From the NCBI GenBank assembly GCA_016934055.1, contig JAFGTR010000124.1:2988-66987 (forward strand): a DNA stretch of 64,000 bases, in the 5' to 3' direction. Shown piece after piece: positions 1 to 13,000 of the stretch. Under the pieces are notes generated by a model, which was given only the letters and a program-made list of their open reading frames with translations, had not been told where the DNA came from and did no database searches. How positions within the stretch are numbered: position 1 is the first letter of the stretch; every line of letters begins with the position of its first letter. The position numbers and the translations under genes were made by a program. The stretch is from Bacteroidales bacterium. Its GTDB lineage: Bacteria; Bacteroidota; Bacteroidia; Bacteroidales; UBA10428.

Positions 1-231
1 AAAAGAATGGTGGATAAGTATGCTGCCAAAAGGGCTCAGCTGAAGGCTGAAGGTGACTTTCAGGCCCTGAGCAGGCTTCCGCGCAACTCAAGTCCTGTTC
101 GCCTGCACAACCGTTGCAAACTTACGGGCAGGCCAAAGGGATATATACGTCAATTTGGCATCAGCAGGATTTCTTTCCGTGAACTGGCTTCAAAAGGTCT
201 CATCCCGGGAATTAAAAAGGCAAGTTGGTAG
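1..231 (+). CDS. rpsN: 30S ribosomal protein S14, 5' end cut by window edge
   Basis: Frame 1 is open from base 1. The string [48 protein letters not shown] is the conserved S14 C-terminus. It sits directly before S8 as in the spc operon. The ATG at 7 is probably an internal Met. Confidence 0.9.
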   Translation, partial: KRMVDKYAAKRAQLKAEGDFQALSRLPRNSSPVRLHNRCKLTGRPKGYIRQFGISRISFRELASKGLIPGIKKASW

Positions 232-261
232 TTATTAAGAGTATTATAAAGACTTAAACAA

Positions 262-657
262 ATGACAGATCCTATAGCAGATTATTTAAACAGGTTACGC
301 AATGCCATCCTTGCAGGTCATAAGGTGGTTCAAATTCCGGCGTCCAATCTGAAGAAGAACATGACCAAAATACTGTTTGACAAAGGGTATATCTTAAATT
401 ATAAGTTTATGGATGAAGGCCCTCAGGGAACTATAAAAATAGCCCTGAAATATCATCCTGAGACAAAACAACCTGCGATTCGTTCGTTGAAAAGGATCAG
501 CACCCCCGGCTTACGTAAATATGTCAGTGCTGAAGAATTGCCAAGAGTTCTCAACGGCCTTGGTATTTCAATTATTTCCACTTCCAAGGGTGTCATGACC
601 GACAAAGAAGCAAGGACGATGAATGTAGGTGGTGAAGTATTGTGTTATATATATTAA
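262..657 (+). CDS. rpsH: 30S ribosomal protein S8
   Basis: 131-aa [18 protein letters not shown]... and ...GGEVLCYIY are typical S8 termini. Operon order is S14-S8-L6. Confidence 0.95.
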   Translation: MTDPIADYLNRLRNAILAGHKVVQIPASNLKKNMTKILFDKGYILNYKFMDEGPQGTIKIALKYHPETKQPAIRSLKRISTPGLRKYVSAEELPRVLNGLGISIISTSKGVMTDKEARTMNVGGEVLCYIY

Positions 658-672
658 CAGGGAGGAAAACTG

Positions 673-1230
673 ATGTCACGAATAGGAAAACTTCCAATCA
701 GCATACCCCAGGGTGTGACCGTTACCGTTGAGAAGGATAATACTGTTACGGTAAAAGGTCCCGGAGGCGAATTGCATCAAAAGGTAGATCCTGATATTAA
801 AGTTGAAATCAATGAAGGACAGATTAATATAGTGCGTCCTTCCGATCAGAAAAGACACCGGTCAATGCATGGACTATACAGGGCATTGATCAATAATATG
901 GTGACAGGTGTCAGCAAGGGCTATAAAATCGAGCTTGAAGTTGTTGGTGTTGGTTATAAAGCTGAGGCCAAAGGTCAATTGCTGGATTTAAGCCTTGGTT
1001 ACTCACATGATATTGATTTTCAGTTGCCCCCCGAGGTGAAGATTGAAACCCGCACTGAAAGAAGAAGCAACCCCATTATCACGCTTACCAGTAATGATAA
1101 GCAGTTGATTGGTCAGGTAGCCGCCAAAATCAAATCGTTGCGTAAACCCGAGCCTTATAAAGGTAAAGGGATCAAATTTGTTAACGAAACCCTCAGGAAG
1201 AAAGCAGGTAAATCTGCTACAACCAAGTAA
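673..1230 (+). CDS. rplF: 50S ribosomal protein L6
   Basis: 185-aa ORF starting [15 protein letters not shown], with [10 protein letters not shown] near the C-terminus. Expected operon position. Confidence 0.95.
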   Translation: MSRIGKLPISIPQGVTVTVEKDNTVTVKGPGGELHQKVDPDIKVEINEGQINIVRPSDQKRHRSMHGLYRALINNMVTGVSKGYKIELEVVGVGYKAEAKGQLLDLSLGYSHDIDFQLPPEVKIETRTERRSNPIITLTSNDKQLIGQVAAKIKSLRKPEPYKGKGIKFVNETLRKKAGKSATTK

Positions 1231-1247
1231 TTTTTAATCATACGGTT

Positions 1248-1607
1248 ATGGCTCTTACAAAACAGGAAAGAAGGAAAAGAATAAAGATGCGTATCCATAA
1301 AGTTATTCGCGGCACCGGTGATAAACCGCGTTTATCGGTGTTCAGAAGCAACAAGGGTATGTATGTTCAAATGATTGATGATACAGCCGGAAAGACTTTG
1401 CTTTCGGTGTCATCAAAAAACAAAGAAATTGCTGCAAAAAAAGGTATCACCAAAACCGAACAGGCGAAGCTTGTTGGTAAAATGGCAGCAGAAAAATCAA
1501 AAGACGCAGGTATTACCAGTATCGTATTTGATCGCAACGGATATCTGTATCACGGAAGAGTTAAAGCACTGGCTGAAGCTGCCAGGGAAGGTGGACTTAA
1601 ATTTTAA
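1248..1607 (+). CDS. rplR: 50S ribosomal protein L18
   Basis: 119-aa ORF ending [26 protein letters not shown], which is L18-typical. Follows L6. Confidence 0.95.
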   Translation: MALTKQERRKRIKMRIHKVIRGTGDKPRLSVFRSNKGMYVQMIDDTAGKTLLSVSSKNKEIAAKKGITKTEQAKLVGKMAAEKSKDAGITSIVFDRNGYLYHGRVKALAEAAREGGLKF

Positions 1608-1613
1608 TTTATC

Positions 1614-2132
1614 ATGTCAACGGCAAGTATTCGAAGAGTAAAAACAACGGATTTAGATCTGAAAGACCGCTTGGTCAGTATTCAACGTGTGACTAAAGTC
1701 ACCAAGGGTGGACGGACATTCAGTTTTTCCGCCATTGTTGTGGTTGGTAATGAAGATGGTATTGTTGGCTTTGGCCTCGGTAAGGCCAACGAAGTCACAA
1801 CAGCCATTTCAAAAGGCGTTGAAGATGCAAAGAAAAACCTTATTAAGGTTCCGGTTTACAAGGGGACTATTCCCCATGAGCAGATAGCCAAATATGGCGG
1901 GGCACAGGTATTCCTCAAACCGGCCACCAGCGGTACGGGTGTTAAAGCCGGAGGGGCAATGCGGGCTGTACTTGAAAGTGTTGGAGTAAAAGATGTATTG
2001 GCAAAATCCAAAGGCTCTTCCAATCCGCACAACCTGGTTAAGGCCACATTCCAGGCTCTTACACAAATGCGTGATGCTTATGCTGTGGCTCAGCACAGGA
2101 GTGTTCCATTGGAAAAAGTATTCAACGGATAA
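1614..2132 (+). CDS. rpsE: 30S ribosomal protein S5
   Basis: 172-aa ORF with S5 motifs [22 protein letters not shown] and [15 protein letters not shown]. Confidence 0.95.
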   Translation: MSTASIRRVKTTDLDLKDRLVSIQRVTKVTKGGRTFSFSAIVVVGNEDGIVGFGLGKANEVTTAISKGVEDAKKNLIKVPVYKGTIPHEQIAKYGGAQVFLKPATSGTGVKAGGAMRAVLESVGVKDVLAKSKGSSNPHNLVKATFQALTQMRDAYAVAQHRSVPLEKVFNG

Positions 2133-2152
2133 TACAGATTAACCTTAAAGCT

Positions 2153-2332
2153 ATGGCAAAAATTAAGATAAGACAGGTAAAAAGCAGGATCGGCAGTACC
2201 ATGCGCCAGAAGAGGACGCTTCAGGCATTGGGTTTGAGAAAGACCAACGGTTCTGTTGAAGTGGAAGCCACTCCCCAGATTCTGGGAATGGTTGAAAAAG
2301 TAAGACATTTGATCGAAGTAACTGAATTATAA
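2153..2332 (+). CDS. rpmD: 50S ribosomal protein L30
   Basis: 59-aa ORF read by hand (below the ORF-track cutoff): MAKIKIRQVKSRIGSTMRQKRTLQALGLRKTNGSVEVEATPQILGMVEKVRHLIEVTEL. It is L30-like and occupies the S5-L30-L15 slot. Confidence 0.85.
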   Translation: MAKIKIRQVKSRIGSTMRQKRTLQALGLRKTNGSVEVEATPQILGMVEKVRHLIEVTEL

Positions 2333-2353
2333 TATTTAAGATATTTGCACATC

Positions 2354-2800
2354 ATGAATTTAAGCAGTCTTAAACCAGCTAAAGGTTCGGTAAAAAAGAG
2401 AAAAAGAATCGGACGGGGACAGGGGTCCGGCAGAGGTGGCACATCAACCAAAGGGCATAAAGGACATCAGTCGCGTTCAGGTTATAAAAGAAAAATTGGC
2501 TTTGAAGGCGGTCAAATGCCCCTTCAGCGCAGGGTTCCCAAATCAGGTTTTAACAATCTAAACCGTATTGAATACAAAGCCATAAACCTGTCTACTCTGC
2601 AAACCCTTGCTGAAAACAAAAAGCTTGACAGCATTGACCTGAATACATTAATTGAAGCCGGCCTTGTTGCAAAAAAAGACAGAATTAAAATATTGGGCAA
2701 TGGCAAGTTATCGCTTAAACTTGATGTAAAAGCCCATGCTTTTTCAAAATCGGCCATTGCTGCCATTGAGTCATTACAAGGATCAGCCATAAAAATATGA
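2354..2800 (+). CDS. rplO: 50S ribosomal protein L15
   Basis: The track ORF starts at TTG 2345. The ATG at 2354 gives MNLSSLKPAKGS..., the usual L15 N-terminus. The N-terminal region is G/R/K-rich. Confidence 0.93.
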   Translation: MNLSSLKPAKGSVKKRKRIGRGQGSGRGGTSTKGHKGHQSRSGYKRKIGFEGGQMPLQRRVPKSGFNNLNRIEYKAINLSTLQTLAENKKLDSIDLNTLIEAGLVAKKDRIKILGNGKLSLKLDVKAHAFSKSAIAAIESLQGSAIKI

Positions 2801-2804
2801 TTGA

Positions 2805-4133
2805 ATGAAAGAATTTATCCAAACCATAAAAAACATCTGGAAGATCGAGGAATTACGCTCAAGGATAATTTTTACCCTTGGCATAATCCTGATATACCGG
2901 CTGGGATCAAAGATAGTCCTCCCCGGTGTTGATCCGGCCATGCTTGAAGAATTCTCCAGGAGAACAACTCAGGGTGTGATGGGCCTGCTCGACATGTTTT
3001 CAGGAGGTGCTTTTTCCAATGCCTCTATTTTTGCATTGGGTATAATGCCTTACATTTCAGCATCCATTATTATCCAGTTGCTGACTATTGCAGTCCCTTA
3101 TTTTCAACGCCTGCAAAAAGAAGGAGAAAGCGGGCGCAGAAAAATAAACCAGATTACCCGGTATCTTACGCTCATCGTACTCCTTATTCAGGCCCCCTCA
3201 TACCTTACCCAGATACCCGATCAGGCGAAGGTGCTGGCGCCGACATTCTTCCTGTTTTCATCTATAATCCTGCTGACCACGGGAACCATTTTTGTTATGT
3301 GGCTTGGAGAAAAGATAACCGACAAAGGCATTGGTAATGGTATTTCACTCATTATCATGATCGGAATTATTGCACGGTTGCCTTTTGCTATATTCAGTGA
3401 ACTCGAAGCACGACTGACCGGTCAGGGCGGCGGTCTGGTAGCATTTCTCATTGAAATCGTTTTCCTGTTCCTGGTCTTTGTAGTAAGCATATTGCTTGTC
3501 CAGGGGACAAGGCGTATTCCGGTACAGTATGCAAAACGTATTGTCGGCAATAAGCAATACGGCGGGGTAAGACAATATATACCCCTTAAGGTGAATGCCG
3601 CCGGTGTAATGCCCATTATTTTTGCACAGGCCATTATGTTTCTGCCTCTTTCCTTTGCACGATACACAGGAGAAGGCATGTCGAAATTTGTTGCCGCTTT
3701 TGCCAACTACACAAGTTTCTGGTACAATCTGGTGTTTGGTCTGATGATTGTGCTGTTCACCTATTTTTACACGGCCATTATCATTAATCCCACACAGATG
3801 GCTGACGACATGAAGAAAAACGGTGGTTTCATACCGGGAATTAAACCTGGTAAAAAAACAGCCGAATTTATTGATGCCGTCATGTCGCGGATAACCCTGC
3901 CCGGATCTATATTTCTGGCACTGGTGGCCATCATGCCTGCCTTTGCAACCCTTGCCGGCGTTCAGGCTACCTTTGCACAGTTTTACGGCGGCACATCATT
4001 GCTGATTTTGGTTGGTGTTGTGCTTGATACTTTACAACAAATTGAGAGTCACCTGCTGATGAGACATTATGATGGTCTTATGAAATCAGGTCGAATTAAA
4101 GGAAGAGCCGGAGGAATTGCCTCCTCAATATAA
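2805..4133 (+). CDS. secY: preprotein translocase subunit SecY
   Basis: 442-aa multi-pass membrane ORF after L15. Contains GIMPYISASIIIQLL and GGTSLLILVGVVLD, both typical of SecY. Confidence 0.95.
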   Translation: MKEFIQTIKNIWKIEELRSRIIFTLGIILIYRLGSKIVLPGVDPAMLEEFSRRTTQGVMGLLDMFSGGAFSNASIFALGIMPYISASIIIQLLTIAVPYFQRLQKEGESGRRKINQITRYLTLIVLLIQAPSYLTQIPDQAKVLAPTFFLFSSIILLTTGTIFVMWLGEKITDKGIGNGISLIIMIGIIARLPFAIFSELEARLTGQGGGLVAFLIEIVFLFLVFVVSILLVQGTRRIPVQYAKRIVGNKQYGGVRQYIPLKVNAAGVMPIIFAQAIMFLPLSFARYTGEGMSKFVAAFANYTSFWYNLVFGLMIVLFTYFYTAIIINPTQMADDMKKNGGFIPGIKPGKKTAEFIDAVMSRITLPGSIFLALVAIMPAFATLAGVQATFAQFYGGTSLLILVGVVLDTLQQIESHLLMRHYDGLMKSGRIKGRAGGIASSI

Positions 4134-4157
4134 TAAAATGAAACAAAACGTTCTTTG

Positions 4158-4946
4158 ATGATAGCAATCAGGACATCTGAAGAAATTGAATGCCTGAGAC
4201 AATCTAATCTGCTGGTATCAAAAACATTAGCAGAAGTTGGCCGGCATATAAAGCCGGGGACAACCACAATTGAGCTGGATCATAAAGCATATGAATTCAT
4301 ACGTGACCATCAGGCGGTTCCGGCTTTTCTGGGGTACAAAGGATATCCAAAAACCCTTTGTACATCGGTAAACCATCAGGTTGTTCATGGTATTCCCTCT
4401 GATTATGTTCTGAAAGAAGGCGATATAATCTCCGTTGATTGTGGTGTTTTGATGAACGGCTATTTTGGCGATTCAGCCTATACCTTTGCCATAGGACCGG
4501 TAACGGAAAAAATCGGGCAGCTGCTGAAAGCGACGTACAAATCACTTTACCTCGGCATTGAGGCAGCCATCGAGGGAAACCGTGTCGGTGACATAGGATA
4601 TGCCATTCAGAATTACTGTGAAAAAGAGGGGTTTTCAGTTGTAAGGGAAATGGTGGGACATGGCCTCGGCAAGGCATTGCATGAGCCCCCTGAAGTACCC
4701 AACTACGGAAAATCAGGGAAAGGGCCCAAGTTAAAACGAGGCATGGTGATGTGCATAGAACCGATGATTAACATGGGACGAAAAGAGATTGTTCAGGACA
4801 AAGACGGATGGACGATACGAACATCGGACCATTTGCCTTCAGCTCATTTTGAACATGCCATAGCAGTGAACAAGGATAAAGCCGAAGTGCTTTCTACCTT
4901 TCAATATATAGAAGAAATTTATAAATTAGATGATTGCATTAACTAA
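4158..4946 (+). CDS. map: type I methionine aminopeptidase
   Basis: ATG at 4158 (the track begins at TTG 4155). MetAP metal-ligand contexts are present: ISVDCGV, FGDSAYTF, VGHGLG, MCIEPM, HFEH. Conserved position after secY. Confidence 0.93.
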   Translation: MIAIRTSEEIECLRQSNLLVSKTLAEVGRHIKPGTTTIELDHKAYEFIRDHQAVPAFLGYKGYPKTLCTSVNHQVVHGIPSDYVLKEGDIISVDCGVLMNGYFGDSAYTFAIGPVTEKIGQLLKATYKSLYLGIEAAIEGNRVGDIGYAIQNYCEKEGFSVVREMVGHGLGKALHEPPEVPNYGKSGKGPKLKRGMVMCIEPMINMGRKEIVQDKDGWTIRTSDHLPSAHFEHAIAVNKDKAEVLSTFQYIEEIYKLDDCIN

Positions 4947-4955
4947 ATTCACTTT

Positions 4956-5174
4956 ATGTCGAAACAACCGTCAATAGAACAAGATGGTATTATTAAAGAA
5001 GCTTTGTCTAATGCCATGTTTCGTGTTGAATTACAAAACGGGCATGTGATTACCGCTCATATTTCAGGAAAGATGCGGATGCATTACATCAAAATATTGC
5101 CCGGTGACAAGGTCAGGGTTGAAATGTCGCCCTATGACCTTACAAAAGGAAGAATAACATTCAGATATAAATAA
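4956..5174 (+). CDS. infA: translation initiation factor IF-1
   Basis: 72-aa S1-fold ORF: ...[51 protein letters not shown]. Confidence 0.95.
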   Translation: MSKQPSIEQDGIIKEALSNAMFRVELQNGHVITAHISGKMRMHYIKILPGDKVRVEMSPYDLTKGRITFRYK

Positions 5175-5191
5175 AGATAACCTGTAAGGCT

Positions 5192-5308
5192 ATGAAAGTA
5201 AGAGCATCAATTCGAAAAAGAAGTCCCGAATGCAAAATCGTTCGCAGGAAAGGACGCCTTTATGTGATCAACAAAAAGAATCCCAAGTATAAACAACGGC
5301 AGGGATAA
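5192..5308 (+). CDS. rpmJ: 50S ribosomal protein L36 (single-Cys form)
   Basis: 38-aa ORF read by hand: [38 protein letters not shown]. Lies in the canonical infA-L36-S13 slot. It has one Cys, so it lacks the zinc-ribbon CxxC...CxxxxH pattern. Confidence 0.9.
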   Translation: MKVRASIRKRSPECKIVRRKGRLYVINKKNPKYKQRQG

Positions 5309-5335
5309 TTTTATAATATTTAATTAATAGCATTT

Positions 5336-5713
5336 ATGGCAAGAATTGTTGGTGTAGATTTACCCAAAAACAAAAGAGGCGAAATAGGCCTGACCTATAT
5401 ATTTGGTTTAGGCCGGAGTTCAGCCAGGAAGATTCTGGAAAAAGCCGGTGTTGATAAGGACATCAAGGTAAAAGACTGGTCTGATGACCATATTAACAGA
5501 ATCCGTAAAGTCATCAATGAAAACTTCAAAGTTGAAGGAGAATTACGTTCACTGGTTCAGCTCAATATCAAGAGGCTGATGGATATAGGCTGTTATCGTG
5601 GTATACGGCATCGCATAGGGCTTCCGGTCCGCGGACAAAGCACAAAAAATAATGCCCGTACCCGTAAAGGCAGGCGTAAAACTGTTGCTAACAAAAAGAA
5701 GGCTACCAAATAA
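5336..5713 (+). CDS. rpsM: 30S ribosomal protein S13
   Basis: 125-aa ORF with [10 protein letters not shown]... and [18 protein letters not shown]. Confidence 0.95.
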   Translation: MARIVGVDLPKNKRGEIGLTYIFGLGRSSARKILEKAGVDKDIKVKDWSDDHINRIRKVINENFKVEGELRSLVQLNIKRLMDIGCYRGIRHRIGLPVRGQSTKNNARTRKGRRKTVANKKKATK

Positions 5714-5723
5714 GGAATAAACT

Positions 5724-6113
5724 ATGGCAAAAAAAGTAGGAACTACCAGAAAGAAAGTAGTAAAAGTAGACCCTGTCGGACAGGCTCATATCCATGCTTC
5801 TTTTAACAATATTATTATTTCCATAACAAATGGACAGGGGCAGGTTATTTCATGGGCTTCGGCAGGCAAAATGGGATTCAAAGGATCAAAAAAGAATACG
5901 CCTTATGCTGCCCAGGTATCTGCAGCTGATTGTGCTAAAACGGCATATGATCTTGGACTGCGCAAAGTAAAAGTGTTTGTAAAAGGTCCGGGATCCGGCA
6001 GGGAATCAGCCATACGAACCATTCATACTTCAGGCATTGAAGTTACCGAGATCGTCGATGTTACACCTATGCCGCATAACGGGTGCAGACCTCCGGGAAG
6101 AAGAAGGGTATAA
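5724..6113 (+). CDS. rpsK: 30S ribosomal protein S11
   Basis: 129-aa ORF with [16 protein letters not shown] and C-terminal [16 protein letters not shown]. Confidence 0.95.
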   Translation: MAKKVGTTRKKVVKVDPVGQAHIHASFNNIIISITNGQGQVISWASAGKMGFKGSKKNTPYAAQVSAADCAKTAYDLGLRKVKVFVKGPGSGRESAIRTIHTSGIEVTEIVDVTPMPHNGCRPPGRRRV

Positions 6114-6159
6114 GTATGGACAACGAATGGTTTGATTAGTATTTAACAACAAAATAAAA

Positions 6160-6765
6160 ATGGCAAGATATACAGGACCGACATCAAAAATAGCCAGAAA
6201 ATTTGGCGATCCTATTTTCGGACCGGATAAGGCACTTGAAAAAAAGAATTATCCCCCCGGTCAACACGGCATCAATAAGAAACGCCGTAAAATGTCAGAG
6301 TATGGCATTCAGCTCAAGGAAAAACAAAAAGCAAAGTATACGTATGGTATACTGGAGCGTCAGTTTGCCAATGTTTTTGATAAAGCTTCAAGAAGCAAAG
6401 GTGTTACAGGGGAAGTGCTCCTTCAACTGCTGGAATCAAGGCTCGATAACGTGGTTTACCGTCTGGGTATTGCCACCAGCAGGGCTGCAGCCAGACAACT
6501 TGTTACCCACAGACACATTGTGGTTAACAGTGAAGTTGTTAATATACCTTCATATACGCTTAAACCCGGGGATATCGTTGGCGTGAGAGAAAAATCAAAA
6601 TCGCTTGAGATCATCCAGCAGGCTGTGGCAGGAAATCGCCACAACGTATCATGGCTGGAATGGGATGCAAGCCAGCTGGCCGGTAAATATATGAACCGGC
6701 CTGAAAGGGATCAGATACCTGAGACCATTAAGGAACAACTTATCGTGGAATTATATTCAAAATAA
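6160..6765 (+). CDS. rpsD: 30S ribosomal protein S4
   Basis: 201-aa ORF starting [16 protein letters not shown], with the S4 RNA-binding domain string [26 protein letters not shown]. Confidence 0.95.
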   Translation: MARYTGPTSKIARKFGDPIFGPDKALEKKNYPPGQHGINKKRRKMSEYGIQLKEKQKAKYTYGILERQFANVFDKASRSKGVTGEVLLQLLESRLDNVVYRLGIATSRAAARQLVTHRHIVVNSEVVNIPSYTLKPGDIVGVREKSKSLEIIQQAVAGNRHNVSWLEWDASQLAGKYMNRPERDQIPETIKEQLIVELYSK

Positions 6766-6781
6766 TTGTAATTACAATCTT

Positions 6782-7774
6782 ATGGCCATATTAGCTTTTC
6801 AAAAGCCCGACAAAGTTATCATGCTCGAATCGGATGATCGTTACGGAAAATTCGAATTCCGTCCGCTCGAACCCGGCTACGGCATAACATTCGGTAATGC
6901 CCTTCGTCGTATCCTGCTTTCCTCGCTTGAAGGCTATGCAATAACAGCAATTAAGATCGAGGGTGTTGAACATGAATTCTCAAGCATCACCGGCGTAATT
7001 GAAGATGTCGTTGAGATAGTGCTCAACTTAAAACAGATCCGTTTTAAAAAACTTATCGATGATGTACACGATGAAAAAATTACCGTAAGCATTACCGGTC
7101 AGGAAGTATTCAAAGCCGGAGATCTCAGCCGTTTCCTCACCAGTTTTGAAGTGCTGAATCCTGAGCAGGAGATCTGCCATATGGAAACCGACGTTGAACT
7201 TCAAATGGAAATCCATATCAATAAAGGCAGAGGTTACGTGCCGGCTGAGGAAAACAAACCTTTCGATGCTGAATTCGGATTGATACCCGTGGATGCTATT
7301 TTTACACCCATCAAAAATGTAAAATATGCAGTTGAAAACTATCGTGTTGAGCAAAAGACCGACTATGAAAAGCTCATTATCGAAATTATCACTGACGGAT
7401 CTATCCATCCAAAAGAAGCACTCAAAGAAGGAGCAAAAATATTGATCTACCATTTTATGCTCTTTTCAGATGAAAAGATTACACTTGATGCAGATGAAAG
7501 AGCAGCGAATGAAGAATTTGATGAAGAGATTCTGCATATGCGGCAGTTGCTGAAATCAAAGCTTGTAGATCTGGATCTTTCCGTACGGGCACTGAATTGT
7601 CTTAAGGCAGCTGAAGTGGAAACACTGGGAGATCTTGTGAAATTTAACAAGAATGATCTGCTTAAATTCCGCAATTTTGGCAAGAAATCGTTGACTGAAC
7701 TTGATGAATTGCTGGAAGGCATGAATCTTTCGTTCGGCATGGATATTTCAAAGTATAAACTGGACAAAGATTAA
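6782..7774 (+). CDS. rpoA: DNA-directed RNA polymerase subunit alpha
   Basis: 330-aa ORF. N-terminal [17 protein letters not shown], and the C-terminal alpha-CTD string [23 protein letters not shown]. Confidence 0.95.
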   Translation: MAILAFQKPDKVIMLESDDRYGKFEFRPLEPGYGITFGNALRRILLSSLEGYAITAIKIEGVEHEFSSITGVIEDVVEIVLNLKQIRFKKLIDDVHDEKITVSITGQEVFKAGDLSRFLTSFEVLNPEQEICHMETDVELQMEIHINKGRGYVPAEENKPFDAEFGLIPVDAIFTPIKNVKYAVENYRVEQKTDYEKLIIEIITDGSIHPKEALKEGAKILIYHFMLFSDEKITLDADERAANEEFDEEILHMRQLLKSKLVDLDLSVRALNCLKAAEVETLGDLVKFNKNDLLKFRNFGKKSLTELDELLEGMNLSFGMDISKYKLDKD

Positions 7775-7824
7775 CATTGCTGTCCCCAACAACTTAAATG
7801 ATATTATTTTAAAAGAATTGTGAA

Positions 7825-8385
7825 ATGCGACATAATAATGCTACTAATCCTTTAGGCAGAAAATCAGCACACAGAAAAGCCATGTTATCCAATATGGCAT
7901 CTTCGCTGATTCTGCATAAAAGAATTAAAACCACTACCGCAAAAGCAAAAGCACTGCGTGTCTTTGTTGAGCCCATACTGACAAAATCAAAAGAAGATTC
8001 AACACATGCGAGAAGAAGCGCTTTTGCCAGTCTGAAAGACAAAAAAGCGGTTCATGAGCTGTTCAAAGAAGTGTCTCCTAAAATTATTGACCGGCCCGGT
8101 GGTTATACCCGTATCCTGAAAATTGGGAATCGTGAAGGCGACGCGGCTGAAATATGCTTTATTGAACTTGTTGATTTTAACACAGCCATGCTCGGCGCTA
8201 AAGAATCAGCAGAAGCCAGAACAACACGTCGCAGCCGGAGAGGATCTACAAGGAAAAAGAAAACTGAGACCGTTGTCGAAGGTGCAGAAAAGACCAGGGG
8301 GTCAAAAGCAAAACCGGCAGAGGAAAAATCAGCTGTAGTCCAACCTGAATCACCTGACCAATCAGAACCTGAAAACAAAGCATAA
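7825..8385 (+). CDS. rplQ: 50S ribosomal protein L17 with a K/E/S/A-rich C-terminal tail
   Basis: MRHNNATNPLGRKSAHRKAMLSNMASSLILHKRIKTTTAKAKALR is the L17 N-terminus. A low-complexity charged tail follows the conserved core. Confidence 0.93.
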   Translation: MRHNNATNPLGRKSAHRKAMLSNMASSLILHKRIKTTTAKAKALRVFVEPILTKSKEDSTHARRSAFASLKDKKAVHELFKEVSPKIIDRPGGYTRILKIGNREGDAAEICFIELVDFNTAMLGAKESAEARTTRRSRRGSTRKKKTETVVEGAEKTRGSKAKPAEEKSAVVQPESPDQSEPENKA

Positions 8386-8410
8386 GACAACAATATGATA
8401 TGCTTCAAAA

Positions 8411-8448
8411 CAGGGATAAGGCTCATCACCTCTTTATCCCTGTTTTTT
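8411..8448 (+). terminator. intrinsic terminator after rplQ
   Basis: CAGGGATAA (8411-8419) pairs with TTATCCCTG (8434-8442). A T6 run follows (8443-8448). Confidence 0.75.
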
Positions 8449-8499
8449 GTTGATTATTTTATTACCGTGAAAATTAGTAGATTTGAATCAAAAATATAA

Positions 8500-9804
<1,305 letters not shown>

Positions 9805-9842
9805 CAAATATTTTTATTTATCATACCGGTACCAATTACCTT

Positions 9843-9909
9843 AACTGTCAGACACCTTTAGAGGCGTCTGTAACTGTCAGATGCTTTCAAAAGTGTCTGA
9901 CAGTTTTTT
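9843..9909 (+). terminator. compound intrinsic terminator after eno
   Basis: AACTGTCAGACAC (9843-9855) is perfectly complementary to GTGTCTGACAGTT (9893-9905), and the T run extends to 9909. A nested hairpin GCGTCTG/CAGATGC (9864-9884) lies inside. Confidence 0.7.
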
Positions 9910-10004
9910 ATTATACCTGTAATTATTTTCCATTTTGGTTTTGCTACTTTGCAAGAGTTAATTAAATTAGTTAATCCAACAGATATGAATCTATAAAATC
10001 CTGG

Positions 10005-13000
10005 ATGAATACCATTCGAACTAAATTATTATTATTAAGTTTATTGATTACCAGGATATTATTCTCACAACAATACCTGAAACCTGAAGTATTGTCTGCT
10101 GACAAAGGATTGCTCAATCCGGCCATAACTGCTCTTATCACTGATTACAGGGGTTTCCTTTGGGCAGGTACCGAAAATGGCCTTTATCGTTATGATGGGT
10201 ATCATTTTAAATGGATAGGGCAAACACCGGGCAAAGCAGGCATAATCGGCTCAAAAACCATCATTGAAATAGAGCAGGATAAAGATCATAATCTGTGGTT
10301 TATCACTGATAAGGGGTTGGAATTTTACGACCATAAGACAGGAATTATTACGGTCTATTCGCACCAGTTGATCCACAAGGAAAATATCCCGGCTGAAGCT
10401 TTCCTTGATTTATATGTAGCCCCTGAACAGACCATCTGGACAATAACAGAATCCAGGCTTTTAAAGATGATCTCCGGAAATGTCGTCAGTTCATTCCCTT
10501 TACCACAGGAAGAAAACAATCCACCAACCTGTATTGCGGGTGATAAAAATGGTAATCTCTGGATCGGAACCCATAACGGCCTACTCGTTTTTGACATGAA
10601 CTCCGAGAAATTCACTGAATTGTTCTCAGCAGAAAAGGATTTCAGCTCACTTCTGACCAACAGTCATGTCACATGCATTTACATTGACAGCAGGACTGAT
10701 TTGTGGATCGGCACCCGAAATGGTCTTAACCGGTTTGATCCGGTTGATGTTTCCTTTGGAAAATATTACCCTGTTTCTTTTCCGAGGGCTCACCCGGGGA
10801 ATGATATCCGTTCTATCCGGGAAGATACTAAAAGCAGTCTTGTTATCATTACCGGTGACGGTCTGTTTTCATACAATCATCATAACGGTAATTTTCACCG
10901 GCCGGAAATTCAGTTGCCCGATCCTTCCTACAGGTCACAGCTGACGTCTGTGCTAATCGACAGGCAGGGTATTTTCTGGATAGGTACACACCGCGGAATT
11001 ATTAAAGTCAGAAAGGCCCCGCTTAAAATTGAAAACATTACACCGGATAACAAAGCCAGCCTGAAATTGCCTGAAAGCAACATTACCGCTGTTGCCGAAG
11101 ATGCCAGGGGAATGATCTGGCTTGGCTATCAGCATTCAGGCGTATCAATTGCAGATCGCAACCTGATGCGCATGGTCTCATACAGTGCTAACGGTTACAG
11201 TAACCTGTCAGGCAACGCTGTCAGGTCGTTCTATACTGACAGAAAAAGCCGTTTCTATGTGATCTCTGCTCATGCTATCGACAAATTCAACTTCTCAAAC
11301 AGCCGGTTTGAAACAATTCTGGCAAATTTTCCACTTTCTGACAAAAAGATTTTCGATAATCTTGAGATTCAAGCCATGACAGAAGACAGTCTGAACAATT
11401 TTTGGATTGGTACCAGTAATGGTTTGGTTTATATAGACTTTGTCAACAGGGTTTTTAAAAAAATCAACCGCCTTCAGAGTGAATATGACAGTCTCATACT
11501 CTCAGTGATATATGATCTTAAAACTGACAATTATAATAATCTTTGGCTTGGCACAAATAATGGGCTCGTTCAGTACAACATAGCGCAAAAACAATTCAGT
11601 CGTTTTACACCCTATGACAAAGAACTGCTTAATACAGGGCATAAAAATATATACGTTATTGAAAAAGGCGTTAAAGACATTTACTGGATAGGTACTTCGG
11701 AAGGATGTTATCAGTTTGATATCAGGCAGAAAACATTTTCATCCGTTTCATCAAACCCCGATCTGTTAAGTTCAGAAATTGTGTCAATTACCGTTGATCC
11801 TTACGAAAATCTATGGATAGCCACCAGACATGACATTTTTTATTATTGTACTTCAACACAATCGTTACGCCATTTTGATTACCTCGATGGCCTCAATAAT
11901 TTCGGATTCAATATAAATGCATCCTCCGGAAAAAACGGAAGAAATGTTTACTTCGGGGGAAGCAACGGACTGACCATCATTCAAAATGATTCATTGTATG
12001 TAACAGATATCTCTCCTCCTACGACAATAAGCGGTATTACACTGCTGCACAAGGGTAAGGTGTTCAGGGAATTTATTGAAATTCCTGATACAATAAGCAT
12101 TCCCCGCGGAAACTATGCTATTCATATTAAATTTACCATGCCTGATTTCAACCGGCCTGAGCAGAATCAATACAGATATTCTATTGCCCAGCAAGGAAAG
12201 CCTTCAGAGATGATTGATCTGTATACTTCCAACAGTGTTATATTGGGAGGGCTTAGTCAGGGTAATTATTACTTCAATGTAACAGGCTCTACCGGCAATG
12301 GTGAATGGAATTCAAAACCCGCTTTTCTGATCATTACGGTTGAAGTGCCTTTCTGGCAGTCCAAACCGGCTTACACTGTGTATTTCATTCTTATTCTGGC
12401 CTTTATTATCTTTTTGTTCCGTTACTGGGCCAGACAACTGATAAAGGCTAATCAGCAATACAAAGAAAGGGAAAAAATTGCCCGCCAGATCATGTTGCAG
12501 AAGGAAGAACTCACCCTTAAAAACAAAAGCATAACCGACAGTATCAATTATGCCCGCAGAATACAGAATGCCATGCTGCCACCCATTAAGATGTTTAAAT
12601 CATATTTTCCTCAATCCTTCTTGTTTTATATGCCAAAAGATATTGTAAGCGGGGATTTTTACTGGATAAATAAGCTCTATAGCAAAATTTTCATATCAGC
12701 TGTTGATTGTACAGGTCATGGTGTCCCGGGTGCTTTCATGTCTATTATTGGTTTTGAGCTCTTCAGAAAAATAACCAATATTGAAGGATTGTCAAGACCA
12801 TCAGACATCCTCAATAAGCTGAATGAAGATTTTCATGAAATATTCAAGGATGTGGACAACGTTGTTCTGCGAGATGGTATGGATGTTGCCTTTTGTGCTA
12901 TTGATATAAATGATATGATTCTCGAATTTTCGGGAGCTTTTAATCCACTCTATCTGATCAGGGATAATAAGATTACAGAAATTAAGGGCGACAGATTTGC

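Noticed and set aside
7825-8385. The long charged C-terminal tail on L17 considered as a possible gene fusion.
   Set aside because: It is a continuous low-complexity K/E/S/A-rich extension with no second domain. Such tails are common on ribosomal proteins, so it is not treated as a finding.
8478-8485. TAGATTTG (a -7-box match) 33 nt upstream of the eno start, considered as a promoter.
   Set aside because: No TTTG lies at the expected 19-21 nt spacing. The nearest is 28 nt away, inside the rplQ terminator T run. It is plausible but not supported well enough to list as a feature.
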